Source: Stenotrophomonas sp. (GTDB lineage: Bacteria; Pseudomonadota; Gammaproteobacteria; Xanthomonadales; Xanthomonadaceae). From it: a stretch of 64,000 nucleotides of DNA. The stretch is taken from positions 24,370 to 88,369 of the forward strand of contig NZ_DAMBCN010000017.1 of NCBI RefSeq assembly GCF_032056425.1. Reading direction: 5' to 3'. The stretch's first letter is position 1; each line of letters begins with the position of its first letter. Made by a program: the position numbers and the translations under genes. Positions 56,544-64,000 of the stretch are shown here, piece after piece. The notes beneath the pieces are model-generated. The model searched no databases. It had not been told where the DNA came from and saw nothing but the letters and a program-made list of their open reading frames with translations.

Positions 56544-57461
56544 ATGGCGCGCCCCGACATCAACCGATCCGGTGAGCTGGAAGTATTCGTTCGGGTGATC
56601 GAGACCGGGGGCTTTTCCGCGGCCGCGCGCAGTCTGGACATGACACCTTCGGCGGTCAGCAAGCTGGTGGCGCGGCTGGAGCAGCGGCTGGGCACGCGCC
56701 TGCTGCAGCGGTCCACCCGGCAGCTGCAGTTGACCCCGGAAGGCCGCAGTTTCTACGAGCGCGGCCTGCGCGTGCTGGCGGATCTGGAAGAGGCCGAGCG
56801 CTGCGCCAGCGCGCATGCGGAGCCGCGCGGGCGGCTGCGGCTCAATTCCAACGTGCCGTTCGGTCGCCACTTCCTGCTGCCGTTGCTGCCGGCCTTCCTG
56901 CAGGCACACCCGCAGGTGGGGGTGGACCTGAGCCTGAATGACGAGGTGATCGATCTGCTGGAACAGCGCACCGACGTGGCCGTGCGCGCCGGCCCGCTGA
57001 AGAGTTCCAGTCTGGTGGCGCGGCAGCTGGGCGCGACGCGGATGATGATCGTGGCGGCGCCGTCCTATGCGGCCCGCCACGGCCTGCCTGCCGACGCCGA
57101 TGCGTTGCTGTCACACAACCGGCTGGATATCGGCCATGCGCGGACGCTGCAGGGCTGGCCGTTGCTGCAAAACGGACAGCAGGTGCGGGTGCCGACCCAG
57201 GGCAATCTGCGCGCCAGCAATGGCGATGCGCTGCGCCAGCTGGTGCTGGGCGGGCTGGGCATGGCCCGGCTGTCAGCCTTCCAGGTCCGCGATGACCTGG
57301 CTGCCGGACGCCTGCTGCCGGTGCTGGAAGACGCCAACCCCGGTGATCTGGAAGAAGTGCATGCCGTGTTCGTGGGGCAGGGCGGTTACCTGCCGCTACG
57401 GGTGCGCGCGCTGCTGGATTTCCTGGTGGAACACGTGGACCTGGCCAAGCCCTTGGCCTGA
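56544..57461 (+). CDS. LysR-family transcriptional regulator
   Basis: wHTH FSAAARSLDMTPSAVSKLVARLEQRLG plus a LysR substrate-binding domain. Confidence 0.9.
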   Translation: MARPDINRSGELEVFVRVIETGGFSAAARSLDMTPSAVSKLVARLEQRLGTRLLQRSTRQLQLTPEGRSFYERGLRVLADLEEAERCASAHAEPRGRLRLNSNVPFGRHFLLPLLPAFLQAHPQVGVDLSLNDEVIDLLEQRTDVAVRAGPLKSSSLVARQLGATRMMIVAAPSYAARHGLPADADALLSHNRLDIGHARTLQGWPLLQNGQQVRVPTQGNLRASNGDALRQLVLGGLGMARLSAFQVRDDLAAGRLLPVLEDANPGDLEEVHAVFVGQGGYLPLRVRALLDFLVEHVDLAKPLA

Positions 57462-57469
57462 CCCCAGTT

Positions 57470-57604
57470 GTAGAGTCGAGCCATGCTCGACTGCTCTTGG
57501 TTTGACGCCAGAAGCAGTCGAGCATGGCTCGACTCTACAGACTTGGCATCCCGTAGATCCACGCCATGCGTGGATGAACTTCAGTCGAGCAAGCTCGACG
57601 CGAC
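57470..57604. repeat. four SMAG-type REPs; the last one overlaps the recN 3' end
   Basis: GTAGAGTCGAGCCATGCTCGACTGC, CAGTCGAGCATGGCTCGACTCTAC, GTAGATCCACGCCATGCGTGGAT, CAGTCGAGCAAGCTCGACGCGAC (57582-57604). Confidence 0.9.
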
Positions 57605-59257
57605 CAACAGCTTGCGTGCGGCGGCGCGCGCTTCCTTGCTCACTTCCACGCCACCCAGCATGCGTGCCAGTTCTTCTTCGCGGGCCTTGTTGTCCAGCTT
57701 CTCCACCGCGCTCTGGGTCATGCCTTCCACCGGCGCCTTGCTGACGCGGTAATGGGCGTGGCCCTTGGAAGCGACCTGCGGCAGGTGGGTGACGCACAGC
57801 ACCTGGCGCTTCTCGCCCAGTGCGCGCAGCTTCTGGCCGACGATGTCGGCCACGGCGCCGCCAATGCCCGAATCCACTTCGTCAAACACCATGGTCGGCA
57901 CCGCGTCCAGGTCCAGTGCGGCCACTTCGATGGCCAGCGAGATGCGCGACAGTTCACCACCGGAGGCCACCTTGCGCAGGGCGCGCGGCGGCTGGCCGGC
58001 GTTGGCCGCGACCAGGAACTCGACGCGTTCGGCGCCCTGCGGGTCGGGCTTGCCCGCGTCCTGCGGTTCCAGGTCGATCAGGAACTGGCCGCCACCCATG
58101 CCCAGCTCGGCAATGATGCCGGTGGTGGTGGCCGACAGCTCGGCGGCGGCCTTGCGCCGGCTGACGGTCAGCACCTCGGCCTGCACCCGCCAGGCGGCCA
58201 CGGCCTTGTCGATCTCGCCGGCCAGGCGCTGCAGGCGCTCGTCGGCGCCACGCAGCTGCTCTACTTCGGCGTGCATGCGCTCGCGCTGCGCGCCCAGCTC
58301 GTCCATCGGCACCCGGTGCTTGCGCGCCAGGTCGTGCAGGCGGCCCAGGCGGCGCTCGTTCTCTTCGAACTGTTCCGGATCGGCGTCCAGATCGTCGTGC
58401 ACCCGGTCCAGCAGCGACAGGGCTTCGTGCAGCTGGATCGAGGCGTTTTCGATCAGGCCATCCACCTCGCCCAGGCGCGCGTCGTGTTCGATCAGGCGCG
58501 ACAGGTCGTGGCGCACCTGCTGCAGCAGGTCCAGCGCGGAACTGCCGTCGTCGCCGTTGAGCTGGTTGCTGGCGGCCTGGCAGGCGGTCAGCAGGGCGCT
58601 GGCATGGGCCTGGCGACGGTGGCTGGCGCCCAGGGCGGCAATCGAGTCCGGTTCCAGGTCTTCGCGGTCCAGTTCGCGCAGCTGGTGTTCCAGGAAGCCG
58701 ATGCGGTCGCTCACGTCGCCCTGCTGCGACAGCGCCAGCGATTCGTCCACCAGTGCCTGCCAGGCGGCGGCGGTACGGCGGACCTGGCGGCGCGCGTCCT
58801 CGTTGTTGGCGAATGCGTCCAGCAGGGCCAGCTGCGACGGGCGCGCCAGCAGTGCCTGCTGCTCGTGCTGGCCATGGATTTCCACCAGGTGCGCGGCCAG
58901 ATCGCCCAACTGCGCCAAGGTGACCGGACGGCCGTTGATCCAGGCCCGCGAGCCGCCGTCGGCGCGGATGACCCGGCGCAGCTGGCATTGCTCGTCATCG
59001 TCCAGTTCATTGTCGGCCAGCCACTGGCGGGCGGCCTGCAGCTGGTCCAGGGCGAATTCGGCCGAAAGCTCGGCGCGGGCGGCGCCATGGCGGACCACGC
59101 CGCTGTCGGCGCGCAGCCCGGACAGGAAGCCCAGGGCGTCGACCATCAGCGACTTGCCGGCGCCGGTCTCGCCTGAAACGACGGTCATGCCGGGCCCGAA
59201 CTCCAGTTCGGTGGCGCGGACGACGGCGAAATCCTTGATCGAAAGATGTCTGAGCAT
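57581..59257 (-). CDS. recN: DNA repair protein RecN
   Basis: 558 aa. N-terminal SMC-like Walker A (GETGAGKS), long coiled coil, and C-terminal signature/Walker B (SGGELSRISLA, VFDEVDSGIGG). Confidence 0.95.
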   Translation of the reverse strand: MLRHLSIKDFAVVRATELEFGPGMTVVSGETGAGKSLMVDALGFLSGLRADSGVVRHGAARAELSAEFALDQLQAARQWLADNELDDDEQCQLRRVIRADGGSRAWINGRPVTLAQLGDLAAHLVEIHGQHEQQALLARPSQLALLDAFANNEDARRQVRRTAAAWQALVDESLALSQQGDVSDRIGFLEHQLRELDREDLEPDSIAALGASHRRQAHASALLTACQAASNQLNGDDGSSALDLLQQVRHDLSRLIEHDARLGEVDGLIENASIQLHEALSLLDRVHDDLDADPEQFEENERRLGRLHDLARKHRVPMDELGAQRERMHAEVEQLRGADERLQRLAGEIDKAVAAWRVQAEVLTVSRRKAAAELSATTTGIIAELGMGGGQFLIDLEPQDAGKPDPQGAERVEFLVAANAGQPPRALRKVASGGELSRISLAIEVAALDLDAVPTMVFDEVDSGIGGAVADIVGQKLRALGEKRQVLCVTHLPQVASKGHAHYRVSKAPVEGMTQSAVEKLDNKAREEELARMLGGVEVSKEARAAARKLLVASSLLD

Positions 59258-59372
59258 GGGTAATGGGGTGTCTGCAGCCGCGCAACGCTAGCATGTGCGG
59301 CCGGGTGGTCCAATGACTTGCCAAGGTGCTGCGCCGCCATTATCTAGTGTCCGTGTCTCACAGGTTGATTCC

Positions 59373-60437
59373 ATGCACGGTTCCGCCGACCAGCTAGCCC
59401 CGCGTGCGCGCCATCTGCTGCGCACGCTCATTGCGCGTTACATCCAGGACGGCGAGCCGGTGGGCTCGCAGACGCTGGCGCGCGTGGCTGGCCTGGAGGT
59501 CAGTCCGGCCACCATCCGCAACATCCTGGGCGACCTGGAAGATCTGGGCCTGCTGGCCTCGCCGCATACCTCGGCCGGGCGTGTTCCCACCGCGCACGGC
59601 TACCGCGTGTTCGTCGACAGCCTGTTGCAGATGCAGCCCCCCGGCGAGGGCGAGCTGGCCCGCCTGCGCCTGGAACTGGCCGGTGGCGGCAGCACCCAGG
59701 CCCTGCTGGGCAGCGCCTCGGAGCTCCTCTCGGCCATGAGCCATTTCGTCGGCGTGGTCAGTGCGCCGCGGCGCGAGCAGTTCGCCTTCCGGCAGATCGA
59801 TTTCGTGGCCTTGGACGGGCGGCGGGTGCTGGCCATCCTGGTGTTTGCCGACAATGAAGTGCAGAACCGGGTGATCGAGACCCGCCAGGAGTTCGCCCCG
59901 GGCCAGCTGGAACAGGTCGCCAATTACCTGAACGCGCATTTTGCCGGCCTGCCGCTGGCCGAGATCCGCACCCGCCTGCTGCTGGAGCTGCGCGATGCCC
60001 GTTCCGAGCTGGAGCAGCTGCTGGCGCACAGCATCGAGCTGGCCGAGCAGGCCCTGCAGCCCCCGGCCGACGACATGCTGGTGGCCGGGCAGACCCGGCT
60101 GATGGGCGTGCAGGACCTGTCCGACCTGGAGCGCCTGCGCGAACTGTTCGAGCTGTTTTCCAGCAAGCGCGAGATCCTGCAGCTGCTGGAGCGGACCATC
60201 CAGGCTCCGGGCGTGCGCATCTTCATTGGCGAAGAGACCGGCATGATGCCCCTGCAGGGCGTTTCGCTGGTCACCGCGCCCTATACCGCCAATGGGCAGG
60301 TGCTGGGCGTGCTGGGGGTGATCGGGCCCAAGCGCATGGCTTACGACCGCATGATTCCGCTGGTGCAGGCCACCGCCGACGTGCTCGGGGCGGCCTTTTC
60401 GCCGTCCGGGCGCACCCCGGGCACATCCGACGCTTGA
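59373..60437 (+). CDS. hrcA: heat-inducible transcription repressor HrcA
   Basis: ATG at 59373 (MHGSADQLAPRARHLLRTLIARYIQDGEPVGSQTLA...SPATIRN). 354 aa. Confidence 0.93.
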   Translation: MHGSADQLAPRARHLLRTLIARYIQDGEPVGSQTLARVAGLEVSPATIRNILGDLEDLGLLASPHTSAGRVPTAHGYRVFVDSLLQMQPPGEGELARLRLELAGGGSTQALLGSASELLSAMSHFVGVVSAPRREQFAFRQIDFVALDGRRVLAILVFADNEVQNRVIETRQEFAPGQLEQVANYLNAHFAGLPLAEIRTRLLLELRDARSELEQLLAHSIELAEQALQPPADDMLVAGQTRLMGVQDLSDLERLRELFELFSSKREILQLLERTIQAPGVRIFIGEETGMMPLQGVSLVTAPYTANGQVLGVLGVIGPKRMAYDRMIPLVQATADVLGAAFSPSGRTPGTSDA

Positions 60438-60500
60438 AACGCAGCATCCCGCCCACACTAGGGTGGGTGGAGGCGGGCTGTGACCGCCAGGGACCCAGAC

Positions 60501-61016
60501 ATGAACCACGAAAACCCCGATATCGAATCCCAGCAGAGCGCGGCCGATGCAGCGGCTGCGGCCGGCGTGAGTGACGAAACCGAGCGCCTGCGCGCCGAGA
60601 TCGAGCAGATCAAGGCCGACGCCCTGCGTGAACGCGCCGATCTGGACAACCAGCGCAAGCGCGTGGCCCGCGACATCGAGCAGGCCCGCAAGTTCGCCAA
60701 CGAAAAGCTGCTGGGCGAGCTGCTGCCGGTGTTCGACAGCCTGGATGCCGGCCTGAAGGCCGCTGGCGATGACGCCCATCCGCTGCGCGAGGGCCTGGAG
60801 CTGACCTACAAGCAGCTGCTGAAGGTCGCCGCCGACAATGGCCTGGTCCTGCTGGACCCGACCGGCCAGCCGTTCAACCCGGAACACCATCAGGCCATCA
60901 GCCAGGTGCCGACCCCCGGCGCCGTCCCCGGCAGCGTGGTCACCGTGTTCCAGAAGGGCTACCTGCTGAACGAGCGTCTGCTGCGGCCGGCGCTGGTGGT
61001 GGTGGCCGCCGACTGA
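60501..61016 (+). CDS. grpE: nucleotide exchange factor GrpE
   Basis: ATG at 60501. Coiled-coil plus a GrpE core ([25 protein letters not shown]). Confidence 0.93.
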   Translation: MNHENPDIESQQSAADAAAAAGVSDETERLRAEIEQIKADALRERADLDNQRKRVARDIEQARKFANEKLLGELLPVFDSLDAGLKAAGDDAHPLREGLELTYKQLLKVAADNGLVLLDPTGQPFNPEHHQAISQVPTPGAVPGSVVTVFQKGYLLNERLLRPALVVVAAD

Positions 61017-61049
61017 CCCGGCGTCCCGGGCGCACGGCCGCCGGGGACC

Positions 61050-61073
61050 GGTAGCGCCGGGCCATGCCCGGCG
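61050..61073. repeat. SMAG-type REP
   Basis: GGTAGCGCCGGGCCATGCCCGGCG. Confidence 0.85.
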
Positions 61074-61109
61074 AACCTTGAACGGTTGAACACAGCGTTC
61101 GGGGGATGG

Positions 61110-61138
61110 CTTGAATGTTCCACGAGCCTCCCCCACAT
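61110..61138 (+). promoter_or_regulatory. sigma32-type heat-shock promoter candidate for dnaK
   Basis: CTTGAAT (61110-61116), a 14-nt spacer, then CCCCACAT (61131-61138), against the consensus CTTGAAA-N13-15-CCCCATNT. Lies about 65 nt upstream of the dnaK ATG. Confidence 0.55.
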
Positions 61139-61202
61139 CCCATTCATCCACCGGCACAACGGCCGGACTGAACCCAACAAGCATTCTTCAGGAGTCTCCC
61201 CC

Positions 61203-63125
61203 ATGGGCAAGATCATTGGTATCGACCTCGGCACCACCAACTCGTGCGTGGCGATCATGGACGGCGGCAAGGCCCGCGTCATCGAGAATTCGGAAGGCGA
61301 TCGCACCACCCCGTCGATCGTCGCCTACACCAAGGACGGCGAAGTGCTGGTCGGTGCCTCGGCCAAGCGCCAGGCCGTGACCAACCCCAAGAACACCTTC
61401 TACGCGGTGAAGCGCCTGATCGGCCGCAAGTTCACCGACGCCGAAGTGCAGAAGGACATCGCCCACGTCCCGTACAGCATCCTGGCCCATGACAATGGCG
61501 ATGCCTGGGTGGCCACCAGCGACGGCAAGAAGATGGCCCCGCAGGAAATCTCGGCCAAGGTGCTGGAAAAGATGAAGAAGACCGCCGAGGACTTCCTCGG
61601 TGAGAAGGTCACCGAAGCGGTCATCACCGTGCCGGCCTACTTCAACGACAGCCAGCGCCAGGCGACCAAGGACGCCGGCCGCATCGCCGGCCTGGACGTC
61701 AAGCGCATCATCAACGAGCCGACCGCGGCCGCCCTGGCCTATGGCCTGGACAAGGGTGACAACAAGGATCGCAAGATCGTGGTGTACGACCTGGGCGGCG
61801 GCACCTTCGACGTCTCGGTGATCGAGATCGCCAACGTCGATGGTGAAAAGCAGTTCGAAGTGCTGGCCACCAACGGCGACACCTTCCTGGGCGGCGAAGA
61901 TTTCGACAACCGCGTCATCGAGTACCTGGTTGAAGAGTTCAACAAGGACCAGGGCATCGACCTGCGCAAGGATCCGCTGGCCCTGCAGCGCCTGAAGGAC
62001 GCCGCCGAGCGCGCCAAGATCGAGCTGTCCAGCGCCCAGCAGACCGAAGTGAACCTGCCGTACGTCACGGCCGACGCCTCCGGTCCGAAGCACCTGAACA
62101 TCAAGCTGACCCGCGCCAAGCTGGAAGCGCTGGTGGACGACCTGATCAAGAAGTCGATCGAGCCGTGCCGCGTGGCCCTGAACGATGCCGGCCTGCGTTC
62201 GAGCGACATCAGCGAAGTGATCCTGGTCGGTGGCCAGACCCGCATGCCGAAGGTGCAGCAGGCGGTGACCGAGTTCTTCGGCAAGGAAGCGCGCAAGGAC
62301 GTCAACCCGGACGAAGCCGTGGCACTGGGTGCGGCGATCCAGGGCGGCGTGCTGGGCGGCGACGTGAAGGACGTGCTGCTGCTGGACGTGACCCCGCTGT
62401 CGCTGGGTATCGAAACCATGGGCGGCGTGTTCACCAAGATCATCGAAAAGAACACCACCATTCCGACCAAGGCCTCGCAGGTGTTCTCCACCGCCGAAGA
62501 CAACCAGTCGGCCGTGACCGTGCACGTGCTGCAGGGTGAGCGCGAGCAGGCCCGCTTCAACAAGTCGCTGGCCAAGTTCGACCTGTCCGGCATCGAGCCG
62601 GCCCCGCGTGGCCTGCCGCAGGTGGAAGTGTCCTTCGACATCGACGCCAACGGCATCCTGCACGTGTCGGCCAAGGACAAGAAGACCAACAAGGAACAGA
62701 AGGTCGAGATCAAGGCCGGTTCGGGTCTGTCCGAGGAAGAAATCGCGCGCATGGTGGCCGATGCCGAAGCCAACCGCGAAGAAGACAAGAAGTTCCAGGA
62801 ACTGGTGCAGGCCCGTAACCAGGCCGATGCCCTGATCCACGGCACCCGCAGCGCCATCACCGAGCACGGCAGCAAGGTCGGCGGCGATGTCATCGGCAAG
62901 GTGGAAGCGGCCCTGGCCGATCTGGAAACCGCGATGAAGGGCGACGACAAGGCACAGATCGAAGCCAAGTCGAAGGTGCTGGAAGAAGCCGGCCAGGCGC
63001 TGTTCGCCGCCGCTTCGGCCGACCAGGGCGGTGCCCCGGGTGCCGACGCCGGCACTGCAGGCAAGGCGCAGGATGACGTGGTGGACGCTGAGTTCACCGA
63101 AGTCAAGGACGACAAGAAGTCCTGA
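61203..63125 (+). CDS. dnaK: molecular chaperone DnaK (Hsp70)
   Basis: ATG at 61203 ([17 protein letters not shown]). 640 aa with Hsp70 similarity along the full length. Confidence 0.98.
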   Translation: MGKIIGIDLGTTNSCVAIMDGGKARVIENSEGDRTTPSIVAYTKDGEVLVGASAKRQAVTNPKNTFYAVKRLIGRKFTDAEVQKDIAHVPYSILAHDNGDAWVATSDGKKMAPQEISAKVLEKMKKTAEDFLGEKVTEAVITVPAYFNDSQRQATKDAGRIAGLDVKRIINEPTAAALAYGLDKGDNKDRKIVVYDLGGGTFDVSVIEIANVDGEKQFEVLATNGDTFLGGEDFDNRVIEYLVEEFNKDQGIDLRKDPLALQRLKDAAERAKIELSSAQQTEVNLPYVTADASGPKHLNIKLTRAKLEALVDDLIKKSIEPCRVALNDAGLRSSDISEVILVGGQTRMPKVQQAVTEFFGKEARKDVNPDEAVALGAAIQGGVLGGDVKDVLLLDVTPLSLGIETMGGVFTKIIEKNTTIPTKASQVFSTAEDNQSAVTVHVLQGEREQARFNKSLAKFDLSGIEPAPRGLPQVEVSFDIDANGILHVSAKDKKTNKEQKVEIKAGSGLSEEEIARMVADAEANREEDKKFQELVQARNQADALIHGTRSAITEHGSKVGGDVIGKVEAALADLETAMKGDDKAQIEAKSKVLEEAGQALFAAASADQGGAPGADAGTAGKAQDDVVDAEFTEVKDDKKS

Positions 63126-63213
63126 TCCGGACCGACACGGGGCGCTGCCTGGCAGCGTCCCGTTGTCGCATCAGGGTCCTGACCGCCGCCCGGCGTGTCG
63201 GGGCGCCCGACGC

Positions 63214-63245
63214 AAGAGCGGACCTGGTTCCGCTCTTCCGCTTTG
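63214..63245 (+). terminator. hairpin between dnaK and dnaJ (partial terminator/attenuator candidate)
   Basis: AAGAGCGGA-CCTGGT-TCCGCTCTT, then CCGCTTT. A second GC hairpin sits at 63139-63161. Neither has a strong T-tract. Confidence 0.35.
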
Positions 63246-63279
63246 ACGAATCCCGACTTTCCGGAAGCTGATTCACCCT

Positions 63280-64000
63280 ATGAGCAAGCGCGATTATTAC
63301 GAAGTGCTGGGCGTTGCCCGCACCGCCACCGACGAAGAGCTGAAGAAGGCCTACCGTCGCTGCGCGATGAAATTCCATCCGGACCGCAACCCGGGTGATG
63401 CGGCGGCCGAAGCCTCCTTCAAGGAGTGCAAGGAAGCCTACGAAACGCTGTCCGACGGCAACAAGCGCCGCATGTACGATGCCCACGGCCACGCCGCGTT
63501 CGAGCACGGCATGGGCGGTGGCGGTGGTCCGGGCGGCCCGGACATGAACGATATCTTCGGCGATATCTTCGGCAATATTTTTGGTGGCGGCGGTGGCCCG
63601 CGCCAGGCCCGTCGCGGTGCCGACATCGGCTACGTGATGGAGCTGGACCTGGAAGAAGCGGTGCGTGGCATCGAGCGCCGCATCGAGATTCCGACCCTGG
63701 CCGAATGTGGCGACTGCGATGGCAGCGGCTCGGAAGACGGCAAGGTCGAGACCTGCAACGTCTGCCACGGCCGCGGCCAGGTACGCATCCAGCGCGGCAT
63801 CTTCGCCATGCAGCAGGCCTGCCACAACTGCAACGGCCGCGGCCAGATCATCGCCAAGCCGTGCAAGACCTGCCACGGCAACGGCCGGGTGGAAGAAGAC
63901 AAGGTGCTGTCGGTGAAGGTGCCGGCCGGTGTCGACACCGGCGACCGCATCCGTCTGTCCGGCGAAGGCGAGGCCGGTCCGGCCGGTACGCCGCCGGGCG
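63280..64000 (+). CDS. dnaJ: molecular chaperone DnaJ (5' part; runs off the window)
   Basis: Not in the ORF track because no stop lies in the window. The ATG at 63280 gives [37 protein letters not shown] (J domain, HPD), a G/F region, then CxxCxGxG zinc-finger repeats. Confidence 0.95.
   Translation, partial: MSKRDYYEVLGVARTATDEELKKAYRRCAMKFHPDRNPGDAAAEASFKECKEAYETLSDGNKRRMYDAHGHAAFEHGMGGGGGPGGPDMNDIFGDIFGNIFGGGGGPRQARRGADIGYVMELDLEEAVRGIERRIEIPTLAECGDCDGSGSEDGKVETCNVCHGRGQVRIQRGIFAMQQACHNCNGRGQIIAKPCKTCHGNGRVEEDKVLSVKVPAGVDTGDRIRLSGEGEAGPAGTPPG

Noticed and set aside
59258-59372. Searched the recN/hrcA divergent spacer for a LexA (SOS) box, a CIRCE element, and a sigma32 promoter for hrcA (CTTGCCA ... 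GCCATTAT).
   Set aside because: There is no CTGT-N8-ACAG or TTAG-N6-TACTA match better than half-sites, and no TTAGCACTC-N9-GAGTGCTAA-like repeat. The sigma32-like hexamers are only about 11 nt apart, so the spacer is too short.

Overview
This is a high-GC gammaproteobacterial chromosome segment. GTAG-headed palindromic REPs (SMAG-type) sit in almost every long spacer, and the smeRv / smeU1-V-W-U2-X efflux locus is present. Both point to the Stenotrophomonas maltophilia complex; this is inference, since no search was run. The content is mostly core housekeeping. In order it holds the Entner-Doudoroff operon zwf-glk-pgl-edd, an orphan MalK/UgpC-like ABC ATPase, ygfZ, a DUF1674-sdhCDAB-sdhE-ygfX block and lolC/E-lolD. 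Then come yggX-mutY, ftsY, an orphan mini flagellar-rod-like gene, htpG, rsmD-coaD, ferredoxin-ggt and upp. Next is a TonB-receptor / phytase-like / metallophosphoesterase / exported-pyrophosphatase operon, followed by photolyase, an OmpA-family lipoprotein, SDR+LysR pairs and the RND pump operon. After a patch of secreted and lipoprotein hypotheticals, a low-GC Sel1-like gene abuts ssrA (tmRNA, tag ANDDNYALAA). The window ends with smpB, ratA-rnfH, bamE, fur, recN and hrcA-grpE-dnaK-dnaJ; dnaJ runs off the end. I saw no rRNA, tRNA, CRISPR, transposase, integrase or recognisable defence system. The ORF track uses ATG/GTG/TTG starts and often over-extends N-termini, so many starts were re-placed by hand from the sequence. 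I found no convincing novel multi-gene system. The most checkable oddities are a possible unlisted ORF coupled to smeU1, the ssrA-adjacent low-GC islet, the exported-enzyme phosphorus operon, a composite inverted-repeat structure upstream of htpG/rsmD, and REP-derived sequence supplying the recN 3' end.
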